Of a DNA stretch of 64,000 nt, positions 61,363 to 64,000 are shown piece after piece. The stretch's first letter is position 1; each line of letters opens with the position of its first letter. Position numbers and translations under genes: made by a program. The notes below the pieces were generated by a model. The model was not told the origin of the DNA. It searched no databases and saw only the letters and a list, made by a program, of their open reading frames with translations. This DNA is from Patellaria atrata CBS 101060. Its lineage: Eukaryota. Location of the stretch: the NCBI GenBank assembly GCA_010093705.1, contig MU006096.1, positions 766,004-830,003 of the forward strand. The letters are read 5' to 3'.

Positions 61363-62297
61363 AGTTCATGAACTGTTTTGCCGACTCGTTGAGGGCCTTT
61401 ATGATCGGTCCACCGAGCATTTTCGAATGATGGATTTGAGGTCAAAAGAAGAGATTCCAGGTCTCGAACTTTGGAATCCTGGGACTAGATGATCACAACA
61501 CACACTCTTCGGTCTCTGTACGTGTACAAAATACCTACTCTGAATAGTGTACCTCTAATTCTCCAGTGTTGACTATCCTCACCTCCTTCAGCGGTCAGCT
61601 GCGAGGTACAATTGGGCATTATTTAGACCTTTATCACTTCCAGTACAGACGTATCGGATTCCAGCTTGACGGGAGAAACAGCGGGGGAGAATATACGGTG
61701 TGTGTCGGTGTATTAAGTTCCTTCCTTTATTCCTTAATCAATCCTTCTTTCTTCGTTCTCTCCCTTGGGTGGTTTCTTTGTTCTTGGAGCACTGGTGTGG
61801 TACAATAGCAGGGTCTGGCCAATAATCACCAATAATCATATCAATATTTCGTGTCCTGAAATCGGTTTGTAAAGCGCGCTTCGCTGTGTGAACTTTCACT
61901 AATAAGCATCACTCTAGTCACTTCCCGGCGAATGGAGTGACTGTAGTTGAAGCGCTATCCTGTCTCTGAACGTGGCATCATCAGTTTGAAACGTGTTTGC
62001 TCTGTTGAAGTGTCAATGAATTTTCTAAAGATTGTGATTATTTCTAGAAACTCGGTGTGCTTCCGTCCAGGACTCAGCAGTTGGAATGTAGTAGTTATCG
62101 GTAAAGGCTGAATCCGTGCGGGTGACAGTGATATGGATCAGACTTAGTGGAAATACGCTGTTGCTACTTCTGCGCCTCAATATGTGGGCTGTTCTAAGGA
62201 AATGTTGCCTTGCGAGGAGTCATCGCTAATATAAAAGAACACCTCCCTTTAGTGCTGGTGCGGTAGAAAATTATGGATCCTCATCACTCTCAAAACC

Positions 62298-62368
62298 TCT
62301 AGTCATATTCAAGATGTCTAGTCATATTCAAGATGTCTAGTCATATTCAAGATGTCCAGTCATATTCA
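62298..62368 (+). repeat. Tandem repeat, ~3.7 x 19 bp (TCTAGTCATATTCAAGATG)
   Basis: Read directly; each full unit ends in ATG. Confidence 0.95.
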
Positions 62369-63035
62369 TTCTCGTCCAAAGTTACTGACAACATCGGAAA
62401 TTTTCCTGTATCGCCTGAAAGATGAGGGTGACAGAGAATCTCCTCGCTTCGCTACAGCAATTCTGAGGGGAGCTAAGTCCTTATTAACCCTTAGTCATAT
62501 GGGTTGAAATCTCTATTTTATGGAAGATGCCATACCATATTACGAAAATTTGGAAGGTACTCTCATCATCGTTTGGGATGGTAGTGACATCATTCCACTC
62601 CACCATTTCCCAAAGGTTAAACAGTTCTTATATCTCTGCATGGAAGGGGACGATACCACATATGAGGAATTTAAAGCGTCGGTCGATCGGTCGCATCGTT
62701 GGGATGACACCCCTGCGCAACGAGACAGGTACGCCGAAAAGCAGTCAAAAGATTTGCATATCTTCGAGACGGTGTTGTCAGATGGACGGAAAATCCGCAT
62801 GAGCTACTACAATAATAAAGATAAGTCGCAGAAATGGACCGAGGACTCGCTTCCAGGGTTCCTGGCGGAAAATGAGGAATTGACCCATTATCACAATGAC
62901 GCGAATGGAATCATCTCCGCAAGTCCACTTGAGCCAGACAGAAATAATATCTATATTCCTTATAGGACTGGTGCTCTGGTCATCTTTATGGTTCTTCGAT
63001 CAGAACTCGAATTGTGTCTTCTACCCCCAGAATAG
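62352..63035 (+). CDS. Orphan family member 3 (171 aa from 62520; longer frame from 62352 broken by one TGA at 62505)
   Basis: GTLIIVWDGSDIIPLHHFPKVKQFLY aligns with GHLIIEWDTLQIIPFFLTPCVDVCIY of 58961-59644. Confidence 0.6.
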
Positions 63036-64000
63036 AAGCGAGGGGGGAGTTAACACGAAGATTCCTTATTATGCACGTATCATTTGGACGACCCGTGTTT
63101 CAAATGTCCCCATAGCTTTAGATGACTACCCTTTAGAAATCAGTTCACAAGAGATGTAAGTCTGATCTACTTTCCACTCTGGAGCAGGGAGAAAGATTGG
63201 TCTAGATAGTAATTCCTGGGTTGAAGGGAAAGAAGCGACAGCGAACCCGGAGAAGATTAATTGAATAATGTGGAGCTGAGGGCGGTTCAGAAAGCCGTGC
63301 TCCTCAACACCAATTATTTTAATTCATCAGATTCCTTTCTTTCTTAACTCTTTTAATTGCTCAAAGTAACGAAGGTATCCCCTTATCATTATAAGCGGGC
63401 CGGAAGGAATCGAAGGATCGTTTACCGTAATTCACGTCCATTCCTTTACATGGCTGGATATCGATAATGTAGACTTATTCCGTTAATACCAGAAACTCAG
63501 GTTCGCACTATTAGGAGCTCGTTTAAGTGATGGCTGTGACCTTGAATTCAGTCAAGTAAAGACTTCGAATGAGCTCGGTTGACCGTCCCGAAATCTACTG
63601 GCAGAGTGGATAAGCAGCGATATGATTCAAATCCACGAGGTAATTTTCCGTACTTGATACAGTCTCCTGTTCCTAACTCCCAAACTACCTAAGAGATCCA
63701 GTATACAGCGCCCAGATCCGCGACCTCAGGCTATTTATACCTCTAAGGGGCACCGGAGATTCATTCCGAAAATCCTCAAGACGGTACTAAATTGGGTCGC
63801 CTTCCGCATTCCACAACTTTCCCTTAAGGGCTCTATCTCTCATCCACTCCTGACAAGTCTAGATAATGTCCGTATCGCCGTAATATGCCTGGGGCACATT
63901 GACCCATTGCACGGCTACTCCCCTTCGCCTCGCAACAGCATGCCACTCGGCTTTCAGAGACGGATGCTGAAACTCAGCGTTTGGTGGCATGATGTTCAGA

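Overview
Eukaryotic genomic DNA from a filamentous ascomycete (Pezizomycotina): short GT-AG introns with CTAAC-type branch points and RIP-like C->T/G->A changes. Conserved housekeeping genes (RPO41, URA2/pyrABCN, a YVC1-like channel, CHO2, BCP1, GUA1, TrpRS, a YMR226C-like SDR, ALG3, eIF1AD-like, an MFS transporter) alternate with accessory or decaying segments. At 5.1-12 kb there is a 5'-truncated LINE, a HeLo-kinase pseudogene with a solo LTR, and a PTH11-like pseudogene with a hAT-type element. At 25.7-31.3 kb there are two TPR-like orphans and a crystallin-like secreted protein with a dead paralog. At 45-51 kb and 57-63 kb there are orphans, an AKR pseudogene and a 3-member orphan family. 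Top candidate for a new system: an intronless 663-aa gene at 49022-51013 that appears to fuse a ParB/Srx-like domain, a HIGH-class (NadD-like) nucleotidyltransferase and a GT25-like glycosyltransferase. Also notable: a URA2 lacking the pseudo-dihydroorotase domain, tandem alternative terminal exons in the SDR gene, and an apparent GA-AG intron after an 8-nt microexon in TrpRS. All family calls come from motif recognition by eye; no searches were run.
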